64,000 nt of DNA from Macrostomum lignano (Eukaryota). Positions 46,061 through 57,896 of this stretch are shown here, one piece after another (the first letter of the stretch is position 1; every line of letters begins with the position of its first letter). Below the pieces are notes generated by a model. It saw only the letters and a list, made by a program, of their open reading frames with translations. It was not told the DNA's origin and searched no databases. Made by a program: the position numbers and the translations under genes. The stretch covers positions 1 through 64,000 of the forward strand of contig NIVC01000606.1 of assembly GCA_002269645.1 (NCBI GenBank), read 5' to 3'.

Positions 46061-49000
46061 GCTGCCGCGGGAACGATGTGGAACACCAGCTCGGGCCCTT
46101 CTTTGTCTTTAAATTCTGGCCGGGCAACTCCGGCAACTCAAACGGCGACTCATGGCCGTGAATTGGTCAGACATGGATCGAAGGACGTCACCTACTCCGC
46201 CAGCAGGTGCGACAACTACGTACCACCCGTCTCATACATTACGTACTTAATTTTAATTACTTTTACAACGATAGTTTCTAAGAAAAGTTACTTCCAAGAA
46301 TGTACGCGTTTTAAACAATTTTAAAATAATGCAATTTTAAAATTCTCTTGCTTGTGCAGCTACATGTATATAATCAATGTGCCATGTCCTTTTGTACTAC
46401 ATAATTCTAGATGCCGGTTCTTTGGCTTGCAGACGGGAGTTCTGCAAATACCACTCAGATATCTGTTCATTGCTAGGTTTATCGAGCTGTGAACACTAAC
46501 CTGCAATGGTTTTAATTTTTTCGAAACGATAATGTCACGAGGGCACAATTATGTTTAACATAACAATTTTACTCGTTAAGAAACAGTAACCGTTTCTTTG
46601 GTCTTTGAGGATTACCAATATTGAGTTTAATTAATATTATTACCTTTATTTTTCAGTGTTACGGCAAAATGAGTCACAGATTTTTAATTTTCAAACGATC
46701 TAAAATGTATTCAGTAGTTTTTGTATTTGCTAACAGACTCGACCAGAGGTCAGCCTGTCTGTATCTGACTTTTTCTTTTTTTACCTCTTTAGTGTTTGTT
46801 AAGAAATTACTACTGCATAATATATTCATGAGAGTCCTATCCCTTTAAACCTGCTAGTGAGATTATTAAACCTTATAATTTTCTCAACCTCCGACCTAAA
46901 TCACTTGATTCGATTCGACCTGTCGTCCTGTCGAGTCTACACGACTTTACACAATTTCCACCATCCACCCTTATTTAATGTGAAGTTTCTGGGACTCTAT
47001 GACTAATATTTAAGTCTATTATATTTTAAGTACAACTATTTCTTTAATAGCAAGTCCGGTAGGCCTATGACGTGTCCATCACTTTGATTTTGGTGGGCCA
47101 TGCTTTTTGATAGGCCAACCCCAGTCCAGTTTGCCTTTGCCTCTAGGTGCCCAACTGTCAACTGTCATGACTGTTCTGTGTTTGACATTCATGGTATAAA
47201 GTTATCTTGATTCTAGGTATAGTCTTAGACTCATAGGCCCTAGTCTTAGTCATTTAATTTTTCTATGTATATATTGTCTTGAGTTGCAAATAGACCTAGG
47301 CCATGCCCTAGGCCTACCCTATGCTATATTGCAGATTGTGGCAAGTTGATTTTGACAAAATTACTGCATACTAAAAATAGGCCTTATTAGGCAAAAAGGT
47401 GGCAAGTGTTTATACTAGAATGCCAGAATAAAACTGGATATTTTAAGATAAGAATTAATTTTTGTTTTTTTACATTGCATTGTATAAACTGTAAACTATA
47501 ATTTTTTCAGTTAAAAGTATTAATTGTTATATATTGATTGTAGATTAAAATTATTTTTACATTGTATGCTAAATTATATGTTAGGTTAATTAGAGTAAAA
47601 AGACAACTCTATGGAGTGCGGATCTATGGATATGCCATAGTTTGGAATACCCTGAATATTATATGCTGGACTAAAATCTCTCACAATTTTTTTGGTATGC
47701 CAGTGTATGCCAAATTTTGAGTGCAGGCCCACTTTTAAATCTACGCCAGTATTGCAACAATAAATGACCTTTTTTATGTTGCAACAATGAATTTTTTTTA
47801 ATTATGTAAAGTAACCTTTTTTTGCTAACAATTTGGTTAATACTTTTGCTTTTTTGCTGATATTATTTATAGTGGAAACTTAAAACATGTAAAAAATTGT
47901 TTAAATTTTCTATTACAAGCTCTAAAAACCTAGAAAGTTTAAAATTGCTTAAAAAGAAACTTGTTTTATATTTTTTATTCACTTTTCACAAACTCTTCTG
48001 TGTGATATTATTAACTGCATGCACACTATTTTCTTAGACTTTTTGATTTGATTCTGCAATTGCAAGAACATATATGGCACTTTTTGAAAATGCATTTTTA
48101 TATGCTAGATAGTATGCCAGATTTCAAAAAATAAAAAATTGTATGCCAACTTTACGCCAAAAGTTGTGAGTGTATGCTGGATTAATCCGGCATGCTACCC
48201 CTCTTCCAGACTATGGTGGATATGTCTTTACTCATATAAACAAGGTCTATCATACTATATAGTATAAAATAAAAAAATTTAGAAGTTTCAAAATCTCACT
48301 CGACCCCCTACTCATTGGCTGGTGGGTTTCAAATATACTAGGAAGATAAAAACAACCTTGAAAACAAACTCCTATATTTACCTCTTTATTCACCATGGCC
48401 CACAAGCTACCTTGTTCCTAGCTAGCTTTCTAACTACTAGGCAATTTTTTTATATAAGTCAGTATAGCAAGTGAGCTAAAAGCAGGGGTTTTGCAAGTCA
48501 CATTTTAGGCATATTAAACATTTTTAGGTGGAGTAGTTTGACAATCTAGTTGTTATATATTATCATTGGTCTGACATCCCTCTATGGATATGCCTATGGT
48601 AGATAACTGCTCTTATAGCTATGACTATAGAAATATGGTAGTTGCAATCATATTTTGTAAACTCCCATAGCCACCACCTCTCAAATCTGTTATATGGTAT
48701 GCCAGAAAAAGTGACCCCCTATATCATAGTTATAGTTTCTACTAGAAAAACAAATTTACTCATGATATATATACTAAACATTATCTAAAATCCATTGCAG
48801 CAATAATGGACCTTTTTGTTGCAACAATAAAGGACCTTTTTTATTATGACAATAAAGGACCCTTTCTTACATTACAATATTTCATCTTTTGTATACCAAT
48901 TGCTAAGCCATACACTAGCTCTGTGAAGCAATTTTCTTGCAGGGATAGATTGTTTTATATGCTAGATTTTATGCCAACAATTTTTTCAATTATATGCTGG

Positions 49001-49704
49001 AATTTTCTGGCATGTAAAATTTAGGAGTTGGGGTATAGCCATTGTTATAAATAAATTAAAAAATTAAAAAATTAGAAACAAAATAAAACATAGATACTTT
49101 AGCAAACTATATAATAGATTTAAAAACTTTAAATTATACATAATAAAGTACAATATAACACTACCAAATTATAACTTTTATTAATGTGAAAAAGTTCATT
49201 AGTTGTGCTTTCAGTAGTGATTTGGTATTGAAACTCTATAAAATAAATGGAAATGTAATCTTACAAAAGCAACTGAGTGTTTGTTTAAGTTTCTACCCTT
49301 ATTTAAGTACTAGATATTATGTGCTATAAGTATTATGTTATCTTCCTGATTCAAAATACTTTATTACTAGTTTAAAGTGTGCCATTTTTTATCACTTTTG
49401 AATAAAACATAGTGTCTATATAAGATAGTGGTGCTTAACATTTTTTAGGTGACCCTAATTTATTTACTTGCATCATTTTTTAATGTTTGCAACTTCTTTT
49501 ATAATCAATATAATGCATTGTTAAGTATGATGTACTCACATTTCTTAGTGCTGCAACCCCTAGAAAATGTTCACGCAATCTCACTGGGGGTTTCAACCCA
49601 TAGGTTGAGAACCACAGATATAAGGCAGGCTACTTGGGATATAACTTTGATCAATAATCTTGTATTTTTGTTCCAATCAGAAAGTAGCCAAAAATTGTCT
49701 CAAT

Positions 49705-49925
49705 AAAATTACTTTAGGGATAACAGGAAAATAAAAATTAAAAGTTCAAATTTAAATTTTTGTTTTTTACCTCGATGTTGAATTAAAAAATCAAATTAAA
49801 GTTTAAAAAAAAATAAATTATAATTAAAAAAACTTTATTTTTTAATTAAAAAAAAAAAAAAAAAAACCGGAATAATCTTATTATTAAATTTTTCTTATTT
49901 AATATAAAATATGTACCTAAAGTAA
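49705..49925 (+). other. Mitochondrial LSU (16S) rRNA-like fragment (NUMT-like, extremely AT-rich)
   Basis: TTACTTTAGGGATAACAG, AGTTC, ACCTCGATGTTG and ACCGG occur in the order and at roughly the spacing I recall for the rrnL peptidyl-transferase region. Confidence 0.55.
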
Positions 49926-50450
49926 ATAAATATTATTGATTAAAAGTATTAATTATATTAAAATGAATTGCTTAACATTCAGTAGTAGATGATTTTTTAA
50001 TATTAATTTTCTTTTAAACATCCACAAAACATCATTGGAACAATTTCTTATAGGTCTAATCCTTATGCTTAAAATACATGATTTAATTTTGACAGAAAAT
50101 TCAACTTAATTTTGCCATTTCATTATTGTTAAGTTCTCTCAAAAGGTAAAAAAAATATCAATAAAACCATGAATAAAACCATGAAGCTAGAATTAAACAA
50201 AGTTTACTTTTTATGTTTTTGTTGACATTTATTTTCCGCCTATTATATGTAGTAAATGTATTATATATAGTTAAAGAACAGCAGATGCAATATATGCACT
50301 ATTTAAAAAAATTATTACACACTGTAAAATGGCAACATAAGCATACTTCAATAAAAGATTAAACATTTTTGCATTAAGCAACAAGGTACATATACAAAAT
50401 TAACAATGATCTACATTTGTGTTATTCTTATAAACTGACAAAAATTGCAG

Positions 50451-50885
50451 GCTAACGGCAGGCCAGTGGTCACGGTGACCCGAGTGGCATCATTCTCAGC
50501 GGCCCACAGGTTGCACTCGATTCATTTATCAGCTGAAGAGAATGCCAGCTTATTTGGCAAGTGCAACTGGCCCAATGGTCACGGGCACAACTATACAGTT
50601 GAGGTGAGTGTCCGCGGTCCAGTAGATCCAAGCACCGGTATGGTAATGAATATCGCCAATTTAAATCAGATTATTGATGAGAAACTGCTTAGCCAAGTGG
50701 ATCATTGCTGTCTGGACAAAGACGTGGCCTATTTTGCTAATGAAGGCCACGTCAGCACAACTGAAATGCTAGCGGTGTTCGCTTGGGATTGCTTGAAGCC
50801 TCACCTGCCAGACGGTCTCCTGCACAAGGTGTGCGTGTGGGAAACGCCTAAGAATGCCTTCGTCTATAAGGGCCAGAGGGCTTGA
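50451..50885 (+). CDS. PTS: 6-pyruvoyl tetrahydropterin synthase (single exon; no genomic ATG at the 5' end)
   Basis: FSAAHRL, GKCNWPNGHGHNY, DPSTGMVMN, DH, STTE and VWET motifs. The ORF begins directly after an acceptor, ttgcag|GCT. Confidence 0.92.
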   Translation, partial: ANGRPVVTVTRVASFSAAHRLHSIHLSAEENASLFGKCNWPNGHGHNYTVEVSVRGPVDPSTGMVMNIANLNQIIDEKLLSQVDHCCLDKDVAYFANEGHVSTTEMLAVFAWDCLKPHLPDGLLHKVCVWETPKNAFVYKGQRA

Positions 50886-50984
50886 TTTTATATGTTGCTT
50901 TGCCCAAGAATTGTGATTATTTTGCTACAGTAGTGTTTTAGTCTCGACCTAATTTTGCGCTGCTTCCCTTCCAGATCTGAAATT

Positions 50985-51630
50985 TACACCGTTAGCTCCC
51001 CCTGATCCCATATTTACCCTGTTAGCTTCCCAGATCCCAAATTCATGCTGTTAGCTCCCCCTGATCCCATATTTACCCTGTTAGCTTCCCAGATCCCAAA
51101 TTCATGCTGTTAGCTTCCACAGATCCCAAATTGATGCTGTTAGCTTCCACAGATCCCAAATTGATGCTGTTAGCTTCCACAGATCCCAAATTCACACTGT
51201 CAGCTCCCACAGATCCCAAATTCACACTGTCAGCTTTCACAGATCCCAAATTCACACTGTCAGCTTTCACAGATCCCAAATTCACACTGTCAGCTTTCAC
51301 AGATCCCAAATTCACACTGTCAGCTTTCACAGATCCCAAATTCACACTGTCAGCTTTCACAGATCCCAAATTCACACTGTCAGCTTTCACAGATCCCAAA
51401 TTCACACTGTCAGCTTTCACAGATCCCAAATTCACACTGTCAGCTTTCACAGATCCCAAATTCACACTGTCAGCTTTCACAGATCCCAAATTCACACTGT
51501 CAGCTTTCACAGATCCCAAATTCACACTGTCAGCTTTCACAGATCCCAAATTCACACTGTCAGCTTTCACAGATCCCAAATTCACACTGTCAGCTTCCAC
51601 AGATCCCAAATTCATGCTGTTAGCATCTCA
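50985..51630. repeat. 30-bp minisatellite, about 20 copies
   Basis: agatcccaaattcacactgtcagctttcac repeated. Confidence 0.95.
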
Positions 51631-52737
51631 GATCCCAGACCAGACAGATATTCGGCCTTCAAAATTTTGAAGGGATTCCTCGTGAAGCTTGATATTTATA
51701 TTGTCGTGCAATATTTTAACATGAAGTTATTTTCCTTAACAGTTGCTTCATCTTTTATAGTCAATTTTTATCTATTTTTACAGTCCCATCTGTTAATTAC
51801 CTCTACTCATTTTCATTTAGTGTTGGTGTTTTGCATAATACGTTCATTATTCCGAAATTTTCTCAATTATTCCTATTGGTATTACCTACAAGTAAAATTA
51901 AATATGCACCTCGATCATTTATTGTATATTTTCTGATACTTTATATATTCAATATGTACTGTTAACTACAAGCTTAAAGACAAACCTGATCATTCATTGA
52001 ATCTGCTAAGTAATTTTTATACTTATTTTTCTAGATGCATCATCTGAGGTCATTTTAAAACAATCGAATTGTTAAATAAACAATTGGTAGAGGCCGCTTT
52101 TTATTATAAACTGAGGCATTCTATGTTTGAGTATTATGTTTTATTAATTCAGTACAATATTATGTTAGTAAAGTCTGTCAGCTTTAGGTGGATAATCTTC
52201 TTTGGCATCAAAGCGCTCTGAGAAGTTCAAGCCATGGCTGAATCCTTTGGCATCTCAGCAATCCCCTCCATGCGCCAAAGCATTTCAGCAATCAACTTTA
52301 TGAGTACTGTTACCCTCTAATTCAAGTCGCAATTGCAATTCAGCCAGTCAACTGATGATTAATAAAAAGCCTGTTGTGATTCAATCTTTGTCAGAACCAT
52401 AATTCAGTCAATCAGTTTTTGTTCAATTCAATTCTCACAATGCATTCACAGTCGAATAAATCTTGACCTTCGCAAAAAGCATCTTTTGCTAATATTTAAG
52501 CCCCTTCCCTTAGCATTAAGCAAAGACTTGCCCACCGGCGCCCGACATATTCTCTCCACTGGGAAGTTATCCTTACCCTTCTGGGGTACCGGGTGCTTAA
52601 ATCTCAGAATGGTAGTTTTTTAAGCCGTTTTTGCGCTTTCAACTGCAAGCCCCTAAAGGGGGCTCGTGTGCTAGTCTACATATACTAAAATCATATTCTC
52701 AAGCCGAAAGTTTGATTCCCCTATTCCAGCGCCTGAG

Positions 52738-52920
52738 ATGCTGCAACGGTTTCGCCAGTTGGACCATCTAGGCAAGAGTTTCGTTGGCACAGTGGTCGTG
52801 TTTGTCTCATTCGGCACCGGATTTGTATTCTTTGTTAAGCTGATGCGTTACAGACAGCTTGCCGCTTACAAAGCCGAACGATTAAGTGCGGCCGAAGCGG
52901 CCAGGCAAAATTCTTCGTAG
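52738..52920 (+). CDS. 60-aa single-pass membrane small protein of unknown family
   Basis: Acceptor-like ttcccctattccag 8 nt before the ATG; GC-rich codons in AT-rich surroundings; hydrophobic FVGTVVVFVSFGTGFVFFV followed by basic KLMRYR; AATAAA near 53050. Confidence 0.55.
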   Translation: MLQRFRQLDHLGKSFVGTVVVFVSFGTGFVFFVKLMRYRQLAAYKAERLSAAEAARQNSS

Positions 52921-53177
52921 TTACTACTGAGCGATAAAATGAACAGTTGATGGATTCGGTTTCAATGCGATTTAGATCTTTATTATCGAGTGTGTTTGTG
53001 CTATAGAGTACTTGTGCGCGTTAGATTTCACAATTGAAATTGTAGATATTAATAAATAAATTATTTGTACTGTGCATTCTGTAATTTAACCCAGTTATTT
53101 GGGTGCTTAGGTTGTTTACTTATATTTACTGTTAATTAATTCTGGGTCTAGTTAGTTCAGTAGATACTTCAGTAGGA

Positions 53178-53490
53178 CTATTGACTAACCCCTGATACTC
53201 TAGTAGGGCTATTGACTAACCCCTGATACTCTAGTAGGGCTATTGACTGACCCCTGATACTCTAGTAGGGCTATTGACTAACCCCTGATACTCTAGTAGG
53301 GCTATTGACTGACCCCTGATACTCTAGTAGGGCTATTGACTAACCCCTGATACTCTAGTGGGGCTATTGACTGACCCCTGATACTCTAGTAGGGCTATTG
53401 ACTAACCCCTGATACTCTAGTAGGGCTATTGACTGACCCCTGATACTCTAGTAGGGCTACTGACATCCCAGATACTCTAGTAGTAGGGCT
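53178..53490. repeat. 31-bp minisatellite, about 10 copies
   Basis: ctattgact(a/g)acccctgatactctagtaggg repeated. Confidence 0.95.
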
Positions 53491-53616
53491 ATTTGCTCAG
53501 CACGCTGTCTAAAGTGTATATTTTAACTTTAAAAGTGTATATTTTAAAGTGTAGTCAGTCAGTGCTACTCAAAAACTATTTTTTTATTTCAGCAGCAGCA
53601 ATCGTAACCAATAGCG

Positions 53617-54111
53617 ATGCCGCCCAAAATCGATCCCACCGCTATTAACATTGTCTACTTGCGCGCCGTCGGCGGAGAAGTTGGCGCCACAGCCTCGCTG
53701 GCGCCGAAGATCGGTCCGCTAGGCCTGTCGCCAAAGAAGGTCGGCGAAGATATTGCCAAGGCTACTAAAGAGTGGAAAGGCCTGAAGGTTACGGTGAAGC
53801 TGGTTATTCAGAATCGCCAGGCCGTGGCTAGCGTGGTCCCCACCGCTTCAGCTTTGGTCATTCGCGCGCTAAACGAGCCGCCGCGCGATCGCAAAAAAGT
53901 GAAGCACGTGAAACACACCGGCAACATTACCTTCGACGAGGTGGTCGACATTGCCAAGACTATGCGGCCGAGATCGATGGCTAAGACCATGGCTGGCACT
54001 GTGAAGGAGATTCTCGGCACAGCCCAATCTGTAGGCTGCACAGTGGACGGCTCCAATCCGCACGACATTATTGACAAGGTTAACGACGGCTCCTATGCTG
54101 TGCCAGAATGA
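53617..54111 (+). CDS. RPL12: 60S ribosomal protein L12 (uL11), intronless CDS, 164 aa
   Basis: [70 protein letters not shown]; AATAAA near 54190. Confidence 0.97.
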   Translation: MPPKIDPTAINIVYLRAVGGEVGATASLAPKIGPLGLSPKKVGEDIAKATKEWKGLKVTVKLVIQNRQAVASVVPTASALVIRALNEPPRDRKKVKHVKHTGNITFDEVVDIAKTMRPRSMAKTMAGTVKEILGTAQSVGCTVDGSNPHDIIDKVNDGSYAVPE

Positions 54112-54439
54112 CAACTGAAACTGTTGTTAGCGATTGACACACCGGCTGCTATATGCGTCTGTTGTTGGGAGAGTACAACTAAGTAAAAAAATAAATTGAT
54201 TGGCTAATTGATAAAGCCAGACTGAGGTCTGCGTGTTCTCTGGAAGAAATCGCCTCTGTCTTCGCTTCACTCATTTTTATACATTTTCGTTCAATTCTTC
54301 CATGTTTAGATCTTCCATGTTAGTGAAACTTTGGGTTGATTGTGTCTAGCTAAAGCTCAGTTCCAGTCGTGTATTTATCAACTCCTAATCATCTACAGTC
54401 AGCTGCAATCGTTTTGAAATATCACCAAGTAGTGCCCGC

Positions 54440-55195
54440 TAGCAGCAGTTGCATCAGACCGAGTAGTGTTAGCAGCAGTTGCATCAGACCGATTAGTGCT
54501 AGCAGCAGTTGCATCAGACCCAATAGTGAAAGCAGCAGTTGCATCAGACCGATTAGTGCTAGCAGCAGTTGCATCAGACCGATTAGTGCTAGCAGCAGTT
54601 GCATCAGACCGATTAGTGCTAGCAGCAGTTGCATCAGACCGATTAGTGCTAGCAGCAGTTGCATCAGACCGATTAGTGCTAGCAGCAATTGCATCAGACC
54701 CAATAGTGAAAGCAGCAGTTGCATCAGACCCAATAGTGAAAGCAGCAGTTGCATCAGACCCAATAGTGAAAGCAGCAGTTGCATCAGACCCAATAGTGAA
54801 AGCAGCAGTTGCATCAGACCGATTAGTGCTAGCAGCAGTTGCATCAGACCGATTAGTGCTAGCAGCAGTTGCATCAGACCGATTAGTGCTAGCAGCAGTT
54901 GCATCAGACCGATTAGTGCTAGCAGCAGTTGCATCAGACCCAATAGTGAAAGCAGCAGTTGCATCAGACCGATTAGTGCTAGCAGCAGTTGCATCAGACC
55001 GATTAGTGCTAGCAGCAGTTGCATCAGACCCAATAGTGAAAGCAGCAGTTGCATCAGACCCAATAGTGAAAGCAGCAGTTGCATCAGACCCAATAGTGAA
55101 AGCAGCAGTTGCATCAGACCCAATAGTGAAAGCAGAGCAGCAATTGCATCAGACCCAATAGTGAAAGCAGAGCAGCAATTGCATCAGACCCAGCA
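54440..55195. repeat. 30-bp minisatellite with two interleaved variants
   Basis: agcagcagttgcatcagacc + gattagtgct or caatagtgaa. Confidence 0.95.
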
Positions 55196-55216
55196 GTGCA
55201 TCCCGCCCGCAAGCAG

Positions 55217-57532
55217 CATAGAGTCTCGCCCATCGGCTCACTGCTGACCCGCTACGCCCAGCTAGTGATCGGTCCGGCCGGCAGCGGCAAGAGCACCTAC
55301 TGCGCCAACTTGCAGCGCCATGCTGAAGCCTGTCGACGACGAATTCTAGTGGCCAATTTGGATCCGGCCGCTGAGCATTTCGACTATCAGCCTGTTGCTG
55401 ACGTTCGAGATCTTATCCAGGTGCGATTAACATTATACGAGAATCAGAAATCGTCTACTAACGAGTAGCAAGAAGAGAATGTGCAAAAATGATTGCAGTA
55501 CAATAGTAGTTAAATGGGATTTTTTCATAACTTATTTGTCTACTGATAAGTTCCTAGCTAAGTGCTTTGTGCCAGCTGACTAAGAACTCCTCAAACTCGT
55601 TTCTTGACTGTCGCAAATTCTCTCAAGTCTTGATAATCAGTCGGAAAGTGCAACGACTCCCCTGAGCAAGCACACAAGCGCGCGGATACGTACGCAGTCA
55701 TACCCACAGGCACACACTCACACGGGAGAGTACAGCGGCCCTAACTTTATTTATCGTTGGGCATGTACACTTCACTGTGCCTTGGGGGGTTGGTCTTCAA
55801 GGGCGTTAATTGCACGAGCAGAGCCAAGCCGAGATTCCAATTCAGCCCCTAATTGATGTGACTGCACTTGGAATCGAGCCTACATCAGACAACTAGGCTA
55901 CGGCTGCCAACCCCGAAACACAAAGAAGTATTTTACAATTAGAAAGTCCGTGGCCGCTGTACGAGTACATCCTGTACTTGTGTGCCAGTGATTCGTGATT
56001 TGATATTCTATCCTCTTCAATCCAACCAGGTCCACGACGCCATGGAGGACTCCGAATTGGCCTTCGGTCCCAATGGCGGCCTTGTATTCTGCATGGACTA
56101 CTTGGCGCACAATCTGGACTGGCTTGACAACGCATTGGACGCCGTGGCAGAGGACGAATACCTTCTGCTAGACTGTCCCGGCCAGATCGAGCTGTACTGC
56201 CACCTGCCCGTGATGCGGCAGATTGTGGACTATTTGCAGTCTCGCGAGTTCCGCCTCTGTTCGGTGTTCGTGCTGGACTCGCAGTTCCTTGTGGATCCGT
56301 GCAAACTGGTCTCGGGCCTGTTCGCCGCCCTGTCGGCCATGGTTAATCTGGAGCTGCCGCACGTTAATCTGCTTAGCAAGCTGGACCTGCTCAGTCGGGC
56401 TCAGAAGCGTCAATTAACCGACTACCTGGAGCCGGACCTGGCTCACCTGCTGGCTGAACACGGCGGCCCCCTTTCTGCCCGCTATGCCGGATTGAACGCT
56501 GCAGTTGTAGACTTGATTGACAGCTATAGTTTGGTGCGATTTGTGCCATTCGATGTTAGCGACGAGCAGTGCGTGACGGATGCTCTGCTGCAGGTATGTC
56601 ATAGGGACTCTGCCGTGTTTGCTTATGAAAATTTCTCCGTGAATGTCTGAATCTGCATTGTGAATATTCGTGAATCTGTATCGTGAATGTCTGTGAATCT
56701 GCTCCGCGTAAATGTCCGTGAATCTGTAACGTGAATGTCTGTGAATCTGTAACGTGAATGTCTGTGAATCTGCATGTGAATGTCTGTGAATCTGCATCGT
56801 GAATGTCTGTGAATCTGCACCGTATGAATTTCCGTGAATCTGCATGTGAATGTCTGTGAATCTGTACCGTGAATGTCTGTGAATCTGCATCGTGAATGTC
56901 TGTGAATCTGCATCGTGAATGTCTGTGAATCTGCACCGTATGAATGTCCGTGAATCTGCATGTGAATGTCTGTGAATCTGCATCGTGAATGTCTGTGAAT
57001 CTGCACCGTATGAATGTCCGTGAATCTGCATGTGAATGTCTGTGAATCTGTACCGTGAATGTCTGTGAATCTGCATCGTGAATGTCTGTGAATCTGCATC
57101 GTGAATGTCTGTGAATCTGCACCGTATGAATGTCCGTGAATCTGCATGTGAATGTCTGTGAATCTGTACCGTGAATGTCTGTGAATCTGCATCGTGAATA
57201 TCTGTGAATCTGCACCGTATGAATGTCCGTGAATCTGCATGTGAATGTCTGTGAATCTGTACCGTGAATGTCTGTGAATCTGCATCGTGAATGTCTGTGA
57301 ATCTGCACCGTAAAGTACGTGAATCTGTACCCTGTGAATTTTTCAATGTCAGGTGGACATGGCTCTACAGTACGGCGAGGACCTGGAACCGCAGGAGCGG
57401 GACTATGAAGCAGCAGAAGGCGGCGCCGAGCATGAGCGAGTAAACGGCGACGGCGACTGCGAAGGCGAAATCGGCGCAGTTGGCGGCGGGCCACAGTTCA
57501 ACGTTGAAGACCATTTGGACTTTGGGTCCTAA
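55217..57532 (+). CDS. GPN3: GPN-loop GTPase 3, 3 exons (5' start uncertain; no in-frame ATG before the P-loop)
   Basis: Exons about 55217-55420, 56030-56593, 57353-57532. Motifs: [52 protein letters not shown]. Confidence 0.92.
55655..55885 (-). mobile_element. tRNA-SINE copy in GPN3 intron 1
   Basis: Near-identical to 1-170 and to the split copy at 31750-34560. Confidence 0.75.
56640..57335. repeat. About 22-bp minisatellite in GPN3 intron 2
   Basis: gtgaatgtctgtgaatctgcat(c) variants. Confidence 0.9.
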
Positions 57533-57896
57533 ATTGCCGACCTTTTGTGTCACTTGCGCGGCCTTTGTGTCATCTGAGCGTAGCAAAATACATGGAATAT
57601 TACTTACGGACACGAACGTTTCAACTGCATTTTTACGTGTATAAATTATTTATTTTTAATCGACTACGAGTGTGTATTTATCTTTGCTAAATTTGTTATT
57701 TAGTATTTGTTTTCAAGGGAATTTTACTGCACTGGTGGGAAGAGGCAGTCTTAGTAAAAGGCCTTCGCTTATAAAATTAACAATAGGCATGTACACTCTG
57801 TGTGCATTGGGGGTTGGGCCCTCATGCCTGTGAATCGCAGGACAAGGAAATGAATGTGCAGGCCGCGCACGGAATCGAACCAGGGTCGTGACGCTA

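Noticed and set aside
49715-49732. I-SceI site or vector contamination (TAGGGATAACAGG)
   Set aside because: It matches only 13 of 18 bases and is better explained as the homologous LSU rRNA motif.
50445-50450. TTG start for PTS as given by the ORF track
   Set aside because: TTGCAG is a canonical 3' acceptor context, and TTG initiation is not expected as the default in an animal nuclear gene.
51073-57494. Repeat ORFs at 51073-51670, 54369-55247 and 56414-57494
   Set aside because: They are translations of intergenic and intronic minisatellites.
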